NCBI GenBank assembly: GCA_048499955.1
Contig: JASNYX010000001.1
Coordinates: 66,452-130,451 of the forward strand
DNA: 64,000 nucleotides
Reading direction: 5' to 3'
Source of the DNA: Patescibacteria group bacterium
Lineage (GTDB): Bacteria; Patescibacteriota; WWE3; 2-01-FULL-39-13
The notes beneath the pieces are model-generated. The model made no database searches. It was not told the DNA's origin and saw only the letters and a list, made by a program, of their open reading frames with translations. This document shows positions 19,509 through 30,367 of this stretch, one piece after another. Both the position numbers and the translations under genes were made by a program. Every line of letters begins with the position of its first letter. The stretch's first letter is position 1.

Positions 19509-21320
19509 ATGAATCCCAGTAATATAAGAAATTTTTGCATAATAGCTCATGTTGATCATGGAAAGTCTACTTTGGCTGACCGTATGATGGAGATAAGTGG
19601 CATCGTATCCACCCACAGGCATGAAGCACAACTTCTGGATGACATGGAACTCGAAAAAGAACGCGGAATTACAATAAAACTGAAGGCAATCCGGTTGCCT
19701 TACACATATAACGAAGTTGAATATGAACTAAATCTTATAGATACTCCCGGTCATGTTGATTTCGGATATGAAGTTTCAAGATCATTGGCGGCGTGTGAAA
19801 TTGCCGTTCTTTTGGTGGATGCAACTCAGGGAGTTCAAGCACAAACTATTGCGAATTTTGAAAAAGCAAAACAGGAAAACTTAAGAGTTTTACCTGTCGT
19901 AAATAAAATAGACCTTCCTTCCGCACAGCTTGAAGCTACAGCGTTACAGCTTATCGATTTGGGTTTTAAAGAAGATGAAATATCCTATACCTCAGGGAAA
20001 ACAGGCAATGGCGTCAAAGACTTGATCGAAAAAATTATCACACTGGGGGTGGCTCCAACTCCTAATGTTTTGGAAGGGAAAGGCATCGTGTATGAAGGGA
20101 GCGTTTCGAAGGCTATGGTATTCGATTCTTTTTTCGATGATTATCGAGGAATAGTTGCTTTCATAAGAGTGTACGAAGGTACCTTTTCTGAAGGAGACAC
20201 CATTCGGTTGTCTGCGACAGGTTCTGAATCGAGAATTGTTCAGATTGGTTGTTTATCACCGGAAGAGAAGACTGTTAAGCAACTTACTGAAGGTGAGGTA
20301 GGGTTCATTGCTACAGGATTGAAAAATATTTCCGAAGTGAGAGTTGGAGATACTATGACCTTATCCGGCCAGTCTCCGTTACCTATTCCGGGATACCGTG
20401 AGCCTATGCCTGTAGTTTTCTTGAGTTTTTATCCGATTGATTCTTCTGACTATCTGGAACTTCGTGAAGCAATGGAACGCCTAAGTTTAAATGATGCGGC
20501 ATTTTCTTTTGAGCCCGAAAGCATTGGTTCTATTGGTAAAGGATTCAGATGTGGATTTCTAGGCTTGCTTCATGCTGATATTGTTAAAGAACGTGTCGAA
20601 AGGGAATTCGATGTTGGTATCATTACAACTTCACCGTCGGTTCGTTATGAGTTACTCACCACTTCAGATGTTTTGATAGATATAAAATCGCCATCAGAAT
20701 ATCCGGATCCGACTTCGATTAAGGAAGTTCGAGAACCTTGGACGTCTCTAGATATATACACTCGATCCGAACATATGAGCACTATCATGGATCTATGTAA
20801 GGCACGACGTGCGATATATATCAGAACAGATATTCTTGAGGCAGGTAGTATCAGAATTAGCTACGAAATTCCCTTAATTGAATTAATTATAGATTTCTTT
20901 GACAAGCTTAAGTCGATTTCTTCAGGATACGCTTCAATAGACTACAGCCTGATAGGTTACCGCACCACAGATGTAGCGAAAATGGACATACTTGTTGCCG
21001 GTGAGTTAGTTTCACCTTTGGCTCAGCTGGTACAGCGAGATGATGCCCATGATGAAGGTTTACGCATCGTAGGTAAATTAAAGGAACTGATTCCACAACA
21101 ACAGTTCAAGGTTTCTTTGCAAGCAGCTATCAACGGAAAAGTTGTAGCCCGGGAAGATATTTCTGCTACCAGAAAAGATATGATCGGTCACTTGTATGGT
21201 GGAGATGTAACTAGAAAAAAGAAGCTATTAGAGAAGCAAAAAAAAGGTAAAGCTCGTATGAAACGCTTCGGTAAGGTTGAGATCCCCCAGGATGTGTTTT
21301 GGAAAGTTATGGAAAGGTAA
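19509..21320 (+). CDS. lepA: Translation elongation factor 4 (LepA)
   Basis: IRNFCIIAHVDHGKSTLADR, DTPGHVDF, NKID, GFRCGFLGLLH, YGGDVTRKKKLLEKQK. True start at MNPSNIRNF. Confidence 0.98.
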   Translation: MNPSNIRNFCIIAHVDHGKSTLADRMMEISGIVSTHRHEAQLLDDMELEKERGITIKLKAIRLPYTYNEVEYELNLIDTPGHVDFGYEVSRSLAACEIAVLLVDATQGVQAQTIANFEKAKQENLRVLPVVNKIDLPSAQLEATALQLIDLGFKEDEISYTSGKTGNGVKDLIEKIITLGVAPTPNVLEGKGIVYEGSVSKAMVFDSFFDDYRGIVAFIRVYEGTFSEGDTIRLSATGSESRIVQIGCLSPEEKTVKQLTEGEVGFIATGLKNISEVRVGDTMTLSGQSPLPIPGYREPMPVVFLSFYPIDSSDYLELREAMERLSLNDAAFSFEPESIGSIGKGFRCGFLGLLHADIVKERVEREFDVGIITTSPSVRYELLTTSDVLIDIKSPSEYPDPTSIKEVREPWTSLDIYTRSEHMSTIMDLCKARRAIYIRTDILEAGSIRISYEIPLIELIIDFFDKLKSISSGYASIDYSLIGYRTTDVAKMDILVAGELVSPLAQLVQRDDAHDEGLRIVGKLKELIPQQQFKVSLQAAINGKVVAREDISATRKDMIGHLYGGDVTRKKKLLEKQKKGKARMKRFGKVEIPQDVFWKVMER

Positions 21321-21412
21321 GAGATCGGATTACGCGATCAGATACTTCTCGAAAACCTTTTGTTTATAGATTTCCAAAATTGTAGTTAGTACCTGATCGC
21401 TATCGGTTCCGA

Positions 21413-23173
21413 TTATTTTTCGTGTACGATCACAATCGGGTTTCTTCCGGTTTGTTTATAGAAGAAACGTTCAAGATCGTGTTCAAGGTTTCTCGCATTA
21501 ATCTTCTTTTTGATCTGCGTCTTTACGATGTCCTTAGTGGCCTTAATAAGTTCAGACGATGCTTTAGGGAAAATAAATCCCCTTGTGACAATATCCACTT
21601 CAGTTTTCCCCGGTATTATCACGATTATTCCGTCGTTAGCCATTTGAAGTCGATCTTCAATAACTGATGTCCCGACATCTCCGACTAGGGTTCCGTCAAC
21701 GTAGACCTCTTTCAGTTTGAGTTTTTCTCCGAGCCTTGCGTTACCGTTCTCGAAAATCACCGTTTGCCCGTCCAGAAGTTGTAATACGTTTTTATCGTCC
21801 CTATCGATATCCTTTATCATTTTGCTGTAGGCTCTCATGTGCTTGATATTTCCTCCGATAGGAATGAAAAATTTCGGGTTAACAATATTTACAAGCAAAG
21901 TAAGGTCGCCTTTAGCTCCGTGGCCGGATACGTGAAGGTTATCCTGTATTTGTGAGTAATAAACTTCTACGCCTTCGAGGAACAATTCATCGATCATGCT
22001 ATTAATGGCATTCAGTGAGCTAGGAATAGGATCTGCCGAAAAAACAACAAGAGGTTCTTTTTTAAAAGTTATACTTTTATGCTCTCCTCTGATAAGACGA
22101 TATAGGCTGGAATTTTCTTGCCCATAGCTACCGGTAATTATGTATGTAAGTTTATCCTGATGATGCCTATGTGCATCGTACTCGGAAACAAACATGTTTT
22201 CAGGTGCTTTAATGTAACCGTGTCTTATTGCGATTTCTACACTTGTGTTGATAGATCTTCCGCTTAAAACGATTTTTCTCCCATATTTAATAGAAGCATT
22301 GATTGCTTGTTGAATTCTGGATACGTTTGATGAAATCGTGGTTATAAAAATTTGTCGTCCTACATTTTTCGAAATAATGTCTTCAAAAATGGATTGGATA
22401 TATTTCTCTGATCTTGTGAAACCTTCACTTGTGGCTCCAAGACAGTCAGATAGAAGACAAAGAACTCCTTCTTTTGGTTCGCTTGCTAAGGTAGCTGCTT
22501 TTTGTATATCGAAAGTTTTTCCGATGTAAGGTGACCAGTCGAATTTGAAATCGGCACAGTGGAAAACTCGTCCTTGTGGTGTGTCGATGGCAAATCCTAA
22601 CGTATCCGGTATCGAGTGATTTACTTTAAACGGTGTTAATTTAAATACGCCCAATTGCAGATGATGATTTGGGTCAAATGCCTTTACTTTTATGTGTTTG
22701 AGATCTTTATGCTCAAGTAATGACTGCTCTATTAAATCTTTTACAAAAGGCACTGCGTACACATCAAACGGATATTCTTTCAATAGGTAGGGAAGTGAGC
22801 TTATATGGTCATTATGTCCATGTGAAATCACTACGCCTTTCACTCTTTCTCTTCGCTCGAGTATGTAAGTAAAGTCAGGAAGAATTACGTCTACTCCGGG
22901 TGTTTCTGAATCCGGAAATCCGATACCGCAGTCTATGACCATGATGTCGTTTCCTGATTCGTAAATATACATGTTTTTCTGTACCGTTGTGGTACCCCCA
23001 ATGGGGATTATTTTTAGAGGAGCGTTTCCGGTTCGCGGAAAGTCTCTTTGCTCTACGTTGTTTTGTGTCGGTTCACGCATTCTATTCGTAAACCTGTTAT
23101 TTCTGTTTTGTGGTTTCCGATCATTCCTGTTTGTTCTTGGATTTTGATCTGAAGCCGAGTTGTTTTCACTCAT
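21413..23173 (-). CDS. rnj: Ribonuclease J
   Basis: SHGHNDHI metallo-beta-lactamase motif, HSIPD, DFKFD, HVSGH. Confidence 0.95.
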   Translation of the reverse strand: MSENNSASDQNPRTNRNDRKPQNRNNRFTNRMREPTQNNVEQRDFPRTGNAPLKIIPIGGTTTVQKNMYIYESGNDIMVIDCGIGFPDSETPGVDVILPDFTYILERRERVKGVVISHGHNDHISSLPYLLKEYPFDVYAVPFVKDLIEQSLLEHKDLKHIKVKAFDPNHHLQLGVFKLTPFKVNHSIPDTLGFAIDTPQGRVFHCADFKFDWSPYIGKTFDIQKAATLASEPKEGVLCLLSDCLGATSEGFTRSEKYIQSIFEDIISKNVGRQIFITTISSNVSRIQQAINASIKYGRKIVLSGRSINTSVEIAIRHGYIKAPENMFVSEYDAHRHHQDKLTYIITGSYGQENSSLYRLIRGEHKSITFKKEPLVVFSADPIPSSLNAINSMIDELFLEGVEVYYSQIQDNLHVSGHGAKGDLTLLVNIVNPKFFIPIGGNIKHMRAYSKMIKDIDRDDKNVLQLLDGQTVIFENGNARLGEKLKLKEVYVDGTLVGDVGTSVIEDRLQMANDGIIVIIPGKTEVDIVTRGFIFPKASSELIKATKDIVKTQIKKKINARNLEHDLERFFYKQTGRNPIVIVHEK

Positions 23174-23336
23174 AATATAAATATTTGTTTGCCGTAAAGT
23201 TAACTAATTTAACTTTGCGGTAATTAACTTGTCTTGTGTATGAAAGAGATCCCGACAGTAAGGTTCAAAACGAAGCTCGAACTACTGCTAGATTCTCGCA
23301 TAGCACAAGCGAAGACTCTACTGGAGTCCTCGTTTA

Positions 23337-23993
23337 CTAAAAAAGTCCAAATTGTGCCGGATCGGCATTTTCACTACTGTTGTCAGTTGTTGTGGGATGT
23401 ACATTGCTTGAGGGGGATGGACTCTGTCTCAGCTCATTCAATAGATCCGGTATTTTCAAAAAATCGATAATCAAAGCATTTTTCATCTGTGAATTACGAA
23501 GCGCTGCTGCCGGGTGGTATACCGGATACATATTATACCATCCTGCCTTGGTGATCTGCCCGTGTGATTGTGAAATTTTTGCATTGGGCAGAAAATAATT
23601 CATAGAAAATCTACCTAATGTTACCACCAACGTCGGTCTTAAGATTTCGAGTTGTTGAGTTAAATACGGCTTGCAAGCAGAAATTTCTTCTTCAGTTGGA
23701 TCACGGTTATCGGGTGGTCTGTGCTTAATGATGTTCCCGATCCAGACATCTTTTCGGTCAAGTCTGATCTGATGCAGCAAGAAATCAAGCAATTTACCCG
23801 CACGCCCGACAAACGGCAATCCTTGTTGATCTTCATGAAAACCGGGTGCTTCTCCGATAAATACTATTTCTGAGTCCGGGTTTCCGTCTCCGGGAACTCC
23901 ATGTGTTGCTGTTTTATAAAGGGGACATTTTTGACAAGCTTTAACCTGATCTGCGATTAATGCTAATTTTTGTGCTTTTTCAGAAGATACCAT
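23337..23993 (-). CDS. udg: Uracil-DNA glycosylase family 4
   Basis: C..CPL Fe-S ligands, GEAPG, PFVGRAG, RPPDNRDP, YHPAA. Confidence 0.95.
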   Translation of the reverse strand: MVSSEKAQKLALIADQVKACQKCPLYKTATHGVPGDGNPDSEIVFIGEAPGFHEDQQGLPFVGRAGKLLDFLLHQIRLDRKDVWIGNIIKHRPPDNRDPTEEEISACKPYLTQQLEILRPTLVVTLGRFSMNYFLPNAKISQSHGQITKAGWYNMYPVYHPAAALRNSQMKNALIIDFLKIPDLLNELRQSPSPSSNVHPTTTDNSSENADPAQFGLF

Positions 23994-24121
23994 TCATAGC
24001 GATTCTAATTCCTGGTGGTAGATCTGTCTATTAGTGTAGTTCGTGGTTCTATTTTAGAAAATGCAACCTTCTGAAAGTAAACTTAGTTATATGACTAGTT
24101 TAACCTTCAGCAGGTTAGAGT

Positions 24122-24262
24122 TTATGGGCAAGTACAGAACAGGAGCCGTACGAATAGGCCTCCTGCCGTGATGCCCATGACAAGTGTGACAATCATCGCC
24201 AGAAGGGCGATGATCAGGAAAGATTTTAAAAAACATCCCTCTTGCTCAAGCCTGTTTTTCAT
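24122..24262 (-). CDS. 46-aa hydrophobic small protein
   Basis: AGGAGG SD upstream of ATG 24262. One long hydrophobic helix and a CTCP tail. Flanked by hairpins. Confidence 0.6.
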   Translation of the reverse strand: MKNRLEQEGCFLKSFLIIALLAMIVTLVMGITAGGLFVRLLFCTCP

Positions 24263-24416
24263 TTCTGCCTCCTGTAAATTTCCGGCGCATTGCCGGAATC
24301 TGAATTGCAACGGAATTATATCCTATAGCCACTAAGATATATACGGATGTAAACCTAACCCGGCTTGTTAATCCACTGGTTTAATGGATATGATATGACA
24401 AGTATTAAAAGCATTA

Positions 24417-25508
24417 ATGAAAATAAATAATTTACGATTAACAAACTTCAGAAACCATAAAAACTACGAGGTTGAGTTTTCTCCAAAATGTAATTTGATT
24501 GTTGGAGAAAACGGTGCGGGAAAAACCAACATACTTGAGTCAATTCACGTGTTGTCTTTAGGTAGGTCTCCCCGAGCTATTGTTGAGGCCGACTTGGTAA
24601 ACGTTTCCAGCCCATTCGCTCGTATCGTAGGAATGTTTGATATAGACAGTTCTCAAATTCCGCTTGAATTAGCGGTTCAGCGAAAACCGGATTCAACTCG
24701 GGTTACAAAATCGTACAAGGTCAATAATGTTAATAAAACAGGAGCCATATTCGCCGGAAACTCCAAATCCGTAATGTTTGCCCCCGAAGATATCCGCTTA
24801 GTGGCAGGGTCACCTTCAAGGCGTCGGGACTATGTCGATGCAATTCTTTCACAGTCGGTGAGTGACTACTCCAGGAAAGTGCACAAATATAGCCGGGTTC
24901 TCAAGCAACGAAACCATTTGTTGGAAACCCAGCATGATCATCTAGGGGTCTCCCCTTTTTCAGGAACTTTTCATGAACAACTTGAAGTATGGAATGAAAA
25001 CCTTTTAGAAACAGGAATGTACATCCAGTCTCAAAGAACTGCTTTCTTTGAGTATCTTTCTCGTAATATTGCAGCATTAAGTAGCGAGCTTTATAGTAAC
25101 AAGTTTAGTTTGCAAATCGACTATCACCCTTCGGTGCTAAATGAAGAAAAACTACGTCAAAACCTATCTAGAGATATTTTGACCGGTAATACCCATATCG
25201 GGCCCCACAGAGATGATTATTCATTTTTGTTAATAAATGGCGGAAGGTTAGATCTAAAAAATTTCGGATCTCGTGGCCAACAACGAACTGCTGTTTTTTG
25301 TCTGAAATATCTAGAGATAGGATTTATTGAAGAAACTTCAAAATCGAAACCTATTCTACTAATCGATGATATTTTTAGTGAACTGGATCAAAATTATCGT
25401 CGGGCTATTGAAAATTTAATTACAAAACAACAAACAATTATTACTTCTGCAGATATTAATGCGATTCCGGAGTCGATCAAAAATATTTCAAAGATTATCA
25501 GTTTGTAA
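24417..25508 (+). CDS. recF: DNA replication and repair protein RecF
   Basis: NFRN, GENGAGKTN, GPHRDD, SRGQQR, LLIDDIFSELD. Confidence 0.96.
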   Translation: MKINNLRLTNFRNHKNYEVEFSPKCNLIVGENGAGKTNILESIHVLSLGRSPRAIVEADLVNVSSPFARIVGMFDIDSSQIPLELAVQRKPDSTRVTKSYKVNNVNKTGAIFAGNSKSVMFAPEDIRLVAGSPSRRRDYVDAILSQSVSDYSRKVHKYSRVLKQRNHLLETQHDHLGVSPFSGTFHEQLEVWNENLLETGMYIQSQRTAFFEYLSRNIAALSSELYSNKFSLQIDYHPSVLNEEKLRQNLSRDILTGNTHIGPHRDDYSFLLINGGRLDLKNFGSRGQQRTAVFCLKYLEIGFIEETSKSKPILLIDDIFSELDQNYRRAIENLITKQQTIITSADINAIPESIKNISKIISL

Positions 25509-25537
25509 TTAAAAAGGGGTGACCCTATAATATGGGC

Positions 25538-27391
25538 ATGAAATCAGCCGAAATTCGTAAAAGATTCATTGATTATTTCGTTAGCGTTGCTAAGTCTCAG
25601 AATTTAGCACATATTGAAGTTCCCTCTAGTCCGCTAATACCTGAAAATCACCCGACACTGCTTTTTACTAATTCTGGAATGGTGCAATTTACGCCGTACT
25701 TTTTAGGCCAAAAAGATCCCGTAGAAGATTTTGGTTCCAAACGACTGTGTTCCGTACAAAAATGTATTCGTACTGGTGATCTTGATATTGTCGGCAAGAG
25801 TAAATATCATCTGACATTTTTTGAAATGTTGGGAAGTTGGTCGGTTGGCGATTACGGGAAAAAAACTGCTGTTGAGTTAGCCTTCGATTTATTAACTAAT
25901 AGAGAATACGGTTTTGGTCTTGATCCGAAAAAGTTTTATCCTACGGTTTTTGAAGGCGATGCAGAAGTTCCTTTTGATCAGGAAACCTACGATGCTTGGG
26001 TTTCAGTAGGGATTCCGGAAGATCGAATTTCAAAATTGCCTGCTTCGGAAAACTGGTGGGCTCCCGGTCCGATTGGCCCTTGTGGCCCGTGTACGGAAGT
26101 TTTATATGACCGAGGCGAGGAGTTTGGTTCCGAAGAATCACGCCCGGGTTTAACCGATAATCCAAGATATCTTGAAATTTGGAATGCCGGAGTATTTATG
26201 CAGTACAACAGAGACAGCTCAGGGAAGCTTAATAAACTGGATGCGATGAGCGTAGATACCGGTGCAGGTCTTGAGCGTTTTGCCGTTTTGCTCCAGAAAG
26301 TGGATTCCGTGTATTACACAGATATTTTTGAACCTGTTATTAGAAAGCTAATAGATTTAAGTAAAAAATCCGATCTCGCTCGCGAATCGTACGAGAACGC
26401 ATCAACTGATGTTCATGAGCATGTTAAGTCATCATTGCAAAGAGTTTCAGATCATTTGAGGAACGCCACTTTTTTAATTGGTGAAGGGCTTTTTCCTTCG
26501 AATAAAGATCAGGGTTATGTTTTAAGGCGTTTAATTCGCAGATCATTTGATGATTGCGTTTGGAACATAGACATAGATTCTGACAGAATAATTGAAGTTA
26601 TTGATGTAATTATTGATCTCAATAAAGATAGGTATCCGGAGGTCAATGATGCACTGCGAATTAAGCAGGTAATCCAAGACGAAATTAACACATATAAAAA
26701 GATCGCCGATGAAACCAGAAATTTTTTGATAAAGAATTATATAAATAAAGGTTTGAATATTGTTGAAAATCCGTTCGATCTTTATCAGTCGTTAGGATCG
26801 TCAAAAGAACTTATCGAGAATTTAACAAAAGAGCAAAATTTGACAGCTGATTTCTCAAAGTTTGATGAACAGCTGCATGAACACCAGGAAAAATCCAAGG
26901 CGAATGTCGGCCAGAGGTTTAAAGGTGGACTGGGGGAAAACACAGAAGAAACGACAAAACTGCACACAGCGACACACTTATTGCATCAGGCATTAAGAGA
27001 TGTTCTAGGTTCTCATGTTAGACAAATGGGAAGCAATATCACTCCGGAAAGATTAAGATTCGATTTTTCGCATGAAGAAAAACTTACACAAGATCAGATT
27101 TCTAACGTCGAGGAAATTATTAATGAAAAAGTTATGCAGTCTTTGCCTGTAAATAAAGTTCAACTTTCTAAAGAGGAAGCCGAAAAAACAGGGGCACTTC
27201 ATTTTTTCAAAGAAAAATATGCAGACCAGGTAACCGTTTATTATATCGGAGATAGTTTGCAGTCGGCATGGTCCAAAGAATTTTGTGGCGGACCACATGT
27301 TTCCAATACTTCTGAAATCGGACATATAAAAATCGCAAAAGAGGAATCTGTTGGAAAAGGCGTGAGACGTATAAAAGCGGTTCTTGATTAA
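25538..27391 (+). CDS. alaS: Alanine-tRNA ligase, short form lacking C-Ala domain
   Basis: LLFTNSGM, HLTFFEMLG, DTGAGLER, GYVLRRLIRR, HTATHLLH, EFCGGPHV. Ends after GVRRIKA. Confidence 0.96.
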   Translation: MKSAEIRKRFIDYFVSVAKSQNLAHIEVPSSPLIPENHPTLLFTNSGMVQFTPYFLGQKDPVEDFGSKRLCSVQKCIRTGDLDIVGKSKYHLTFFEMLGSWSVGDYGKKTAVELAFDLLTNREYGFGLDPKKFYPTVFEGDAEVPFDQETYDAWVSVGIPEDRISKLPASENWWAPGPIGPCGPCTEVLYDRGEEFGSEESRPGLTDNPRYLEIWNAGVFMQYNRDSSGKLNKLDAMSVDTGAGLERFAVLLQKVDSVYYTDIFEPVIRKLIDLSKKSDLARESYENASTDVHEHVKSSLQRVSDHLRNATFLIGEGLFPSNKDQGYVLRRLIRRSFDDCVWNIDIDSDRIIEVIDVIIDLNKDRYPEVNDALRIKQVIQDEINTYKKIADETRNFLIKNYINKGLNIVENPFDLYQSLGSSKELIENLTKEQNLTADFSKFDEQLHEHQEKSKANVGQRFKGGLGENTEETTKLHTATHLLHQALRDVLGSHVRQMGSNITPERLRFDFSHEEKLTQDQISNVEEIINEKVMQSLPVNKVQLSKEEAEKTGALHFFKEKYADQVTVYYIGDSLQSAWSKEFCGGPHVSNTSEIGHIKIAKEESVGKGVRRIKAVLD

Positions 27392-27560
27392 ATCTCGAGA
27401 TAAATATACAGTTATCTCGCTTCAGTTTCTACTTTTGAAAATTAAGTAGAATATCGATTGTTATTGTAATGATAGAACCGTCAAACTTTTATAAATTCGG
27501 CTTGTGCTTATAGGCCTTTTAATGAAAGTTAATGGTGTGTTCTATGATAAAATCTAAAGA

Positions 27561-28727
27561 ATGCTGCCCAAATTTAAAAAAGAATCTGCGACTAACGATA
27601 ACGACATCCTCTTTCTAGATGTCACCCCTAAATCAGTAAAATCTCTGTATGCAGTCCCCGGTGAAAAGAAATTGATAATAAAAGGTGTTTCCTGTAACGA
27701 ACATAAACCCAATTCTGATGAAAATATATTGGAAAGTTCCCTCAATGAGGTTTTTCAACAAGCAGGGACTAAAACTACCAGAGCCGTAGTCGGGATTGGT
27801 GGCCCTGATGTATTCGGGTTTTTACTTATTATTAAAATAAAGCGAAAAACTCCTGAAAAACGGATTACAGAAAAGGAAATGGAGGATGTTTATTCAAAAA
27901 TCAAAGATATATCGCTTCAACAGGCACAGAATTACAGAAGCATGTTATTCGCAGATGATGCACCACTCGAAACACTTGATCTTGTTGCCACTGCCTTTTC
28001 AGTGGACGAGCAGGTTGTTGAAGATCCTGTAGATCAGACAGGTGCAGTTATTCAAGTTAGTGCATTTAGCTCATATGCCGATGCTGAATTTTATAACTCC
28101 TTACAAAAAGAACTTAAATCGATGGGTGTTAACCCAATTGCGGTGACAACGACCTTGTATTCACAGTCCAAATTATTATCTCAGGACTCAAAAAACTTTT
28201 TATTGATTGATATAGGAAAAAGCTACACCGATGTAGCCGTCGTTTTTGGAAAAAACATCGTGCAAACTCGAGCTTTTGAAATCGGCGGAGATTACTTTAC
28301 AAGTCATTTGATTGATAAGTTAGGACTCCCTCCGAAAGAAGCAAATGGACGAAAAGAGGCCTACTCTGAAGGTACCTTGCCACCTGAATCATCAGACACA
28401 GTAGGTGACCTTCTATATGAAGCAGGTAAGAGCTGGAGAACCGGACTTATCGGTGTTTTGGAATCTTTGACAGGAATCAAAAGTTTTCCCAAAAAAATCT
28501 ATATTACCGGGGGAACCGCAAACTTGAATGTTTTACAGGAGCTTTTATATGAAGATGGTTGGAAAGATTCTTTACCTTTTTCCGGGGAGTTGGAGATTAC
28601 TACTGCGGATTCCGATATTTTGGATAATTATATGGTAGATGATCTAAAGCTATTAAAGGATCCTCGAATGTTTGTTACCGCAAGTCTGATTTCAATTTAT
28701 AATGAACTAGAAAAGGAAAATGACTAA
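27561..28727 (+). CDS. FtsA/PilM-like actin-fold protein
   Basis: LDV...VK, LIDIG...TD, GGD.FT, KE, ITGGTANL. Confidence 0.8.
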   Translation: MLPKFKKESATNDNDILFLDVTPKSVKSLYAVPGEKKLIIKGVSCNEHKPNSDENILESSLNEVFQQAGTKTTRAVVGIGGPDVFGFLLIIKIKRKTPEKRITEKEMEDVYSKIKDISLQQAQNYRSMLFADDAPLETLDLVATAFSVDEQVVEDPVDQTGAVIQVSAFSSYADAEFYNSLQKELKSMGVNPIAVTTTLYSQSKLLSQDSKNFLLIDIGKSYTDVAVVFGKNIVQTRAFEIGGDYFTSHLIDKLGLPPKEANGRKEAYSEGTLPPESSDTVGDLLYEAGKSWRTGLIGVLESLTGIKSFPKKIYITGGTANLNVLQELLYEDGWKDSLPFSGELEITTADSDILDNYMVDDLKLLKDPRMFVTASLISIYNELEKEND

Positions 28728-30289
28728 ATACGAAATCGATCACAACTACGACTTATACAAATTAATAAATATCCTTAAAAAATCAGACGATGCGGATGTA
28801 TTGTTTTTCTTTGAGGAAAGTTCTCCTGTATACCGAAACTCTTCCAATTTAATGGCTCTCAAGAAAATTGCTTTCGAGAACGGAAAAAGCTTACTGTTGG
28901 ATGTGCAAAACCCTACCCATCGTGATTATATTCAGAGTGTTAATTCAGGAACCCTAGATTTTGGAGGGGAAATTGAACTTGGTGACGATTCGTTAAATAA
29001 CTCTCCTAGATTAAATTTACATAATCCTAATAAAAAAGCTTTCAAGATGCCGACTTTTGGGGTTGGTGCACTGCGGTCTTTAGATAATCCGTTGAAATAT
29101 TTTTCACTAGGTGGCGGATTAGTTAAATGGATTGTTATTGTATTAGTTCTGATGGCTTTTCTAGCATCGAGTGCTTATGGGTTTGTTTATTATGTTCCCA
29201 GTGCGAATGTAAAAGTGAAAGTTAACTCCGAGGTTCTAGTGAAAATTTTAGATGTTAAAGCCACTACCGATACTCAGGAAGTTTCAATCGATAACGCGAC
29301 GATTCCGGCCTTTAGCGTAAGTGTGATTGAAACCGATTCGCAAACTGTTCCCACCTCAGGTAAGAAAGATGTGGGTGAAAAAGCAACAGGATCAATAGTA
29401 TTAACAAACAAAACAGACAAAGATATTGAACTCAAAAAGGGCACAGTGTTTTCTTTGGATGAAAAAGATTCCACTTTGAAATTCCTAACAACTCAAGACG
29501 TAAAGATTTCAAAATATGAAGAAAGGTTACTCCAACTGAAGATGGTGAGGTTACGAAAAAGTTTCGGTAAAAAGAAGTAAAGTCAAACTGAAACCTTTGG
29601 AGCTGAATACAACCTTGGAAAGGAAAAAATTCAAAACCGATAAACATAAAACAGATCAACTATCTGCAGAAAATGAAGAAAATATTTCAGGAGGAACAAA
29701 AGAAGAGGTTCAAATAATCACGCAGGCAGATATGGATAATCTATTGAAGACGACTGATGAGTTTATGAAAAATAAGGTTAAGGATTCCTTAAATAAGAAA
29801 ATTCTCGAAACACAATCACTTCCCGAAACATCCATAGATTACAAGCAAAATAAGGCTGAGTTCAATGGAAAACTTGATGACGTGGCAAATGAGCTTTCTT
29901 TGACTATGACTTACGAGGGAACAGGCTTAGCCTATAATAAGAGCGATATGGATCAGGTAGTCAAAGAACTTGCCAAAAAAGTCGTTCCTGAAACATTTGA
30001 TTTGAATGATGATTTTGCACCTGAATATGATGCCGTTGGTTTGAAGGATCTCGCAAATCCGAATACACTAAACGTGCAAATAATGTTGAGAAGCTATATA
30101 CTCCCTAAGCTCAATATAGAGGATATAAGAAATCAGGTTTCAGGAAGGAAGATCTCTGATGCACAGGAATACCTTCAGAAACTGCCTAACGTTAATGAAA
30201 TCGTGATAGAGGTTTCGCCGCAGCTCCCCGAATTTCTGCTTACAATGCCACGAAACCCTGAAAAAATAAAAATCGAGATTCTTAAGTGA
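28720..30289 (+). pseudogene. Baseplate-J-like membrane-anchored protein, split by frameshifts near 29520-29640 (possibly assembly errors)
   Basis: ORF 28720-29580 has a TM and GEKATGSIVLTN...GTVF. The out-of-frame bridge reads ETFGAEYNL. ORF 29597-30289 continues with ISGG...ITQAD. The parts join into one typical protein. Confidence 0.7.
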
Positions 30290-30367
30290 GCTGTTTTGTG
30301 AATACTTTGCGTGTCGCAAGAGAAGATACCCCGTACGTAATTACGGTATACTTCATTTTCAATTATT

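Noticed and set aside
28720-30289. Prophage or contractile injection system suggested by the baseplate-J-like gene
   Set aside because: No sheath, tube, spike, capsid, terminase or integrase genes nearby, and the protein has a TM anchor.
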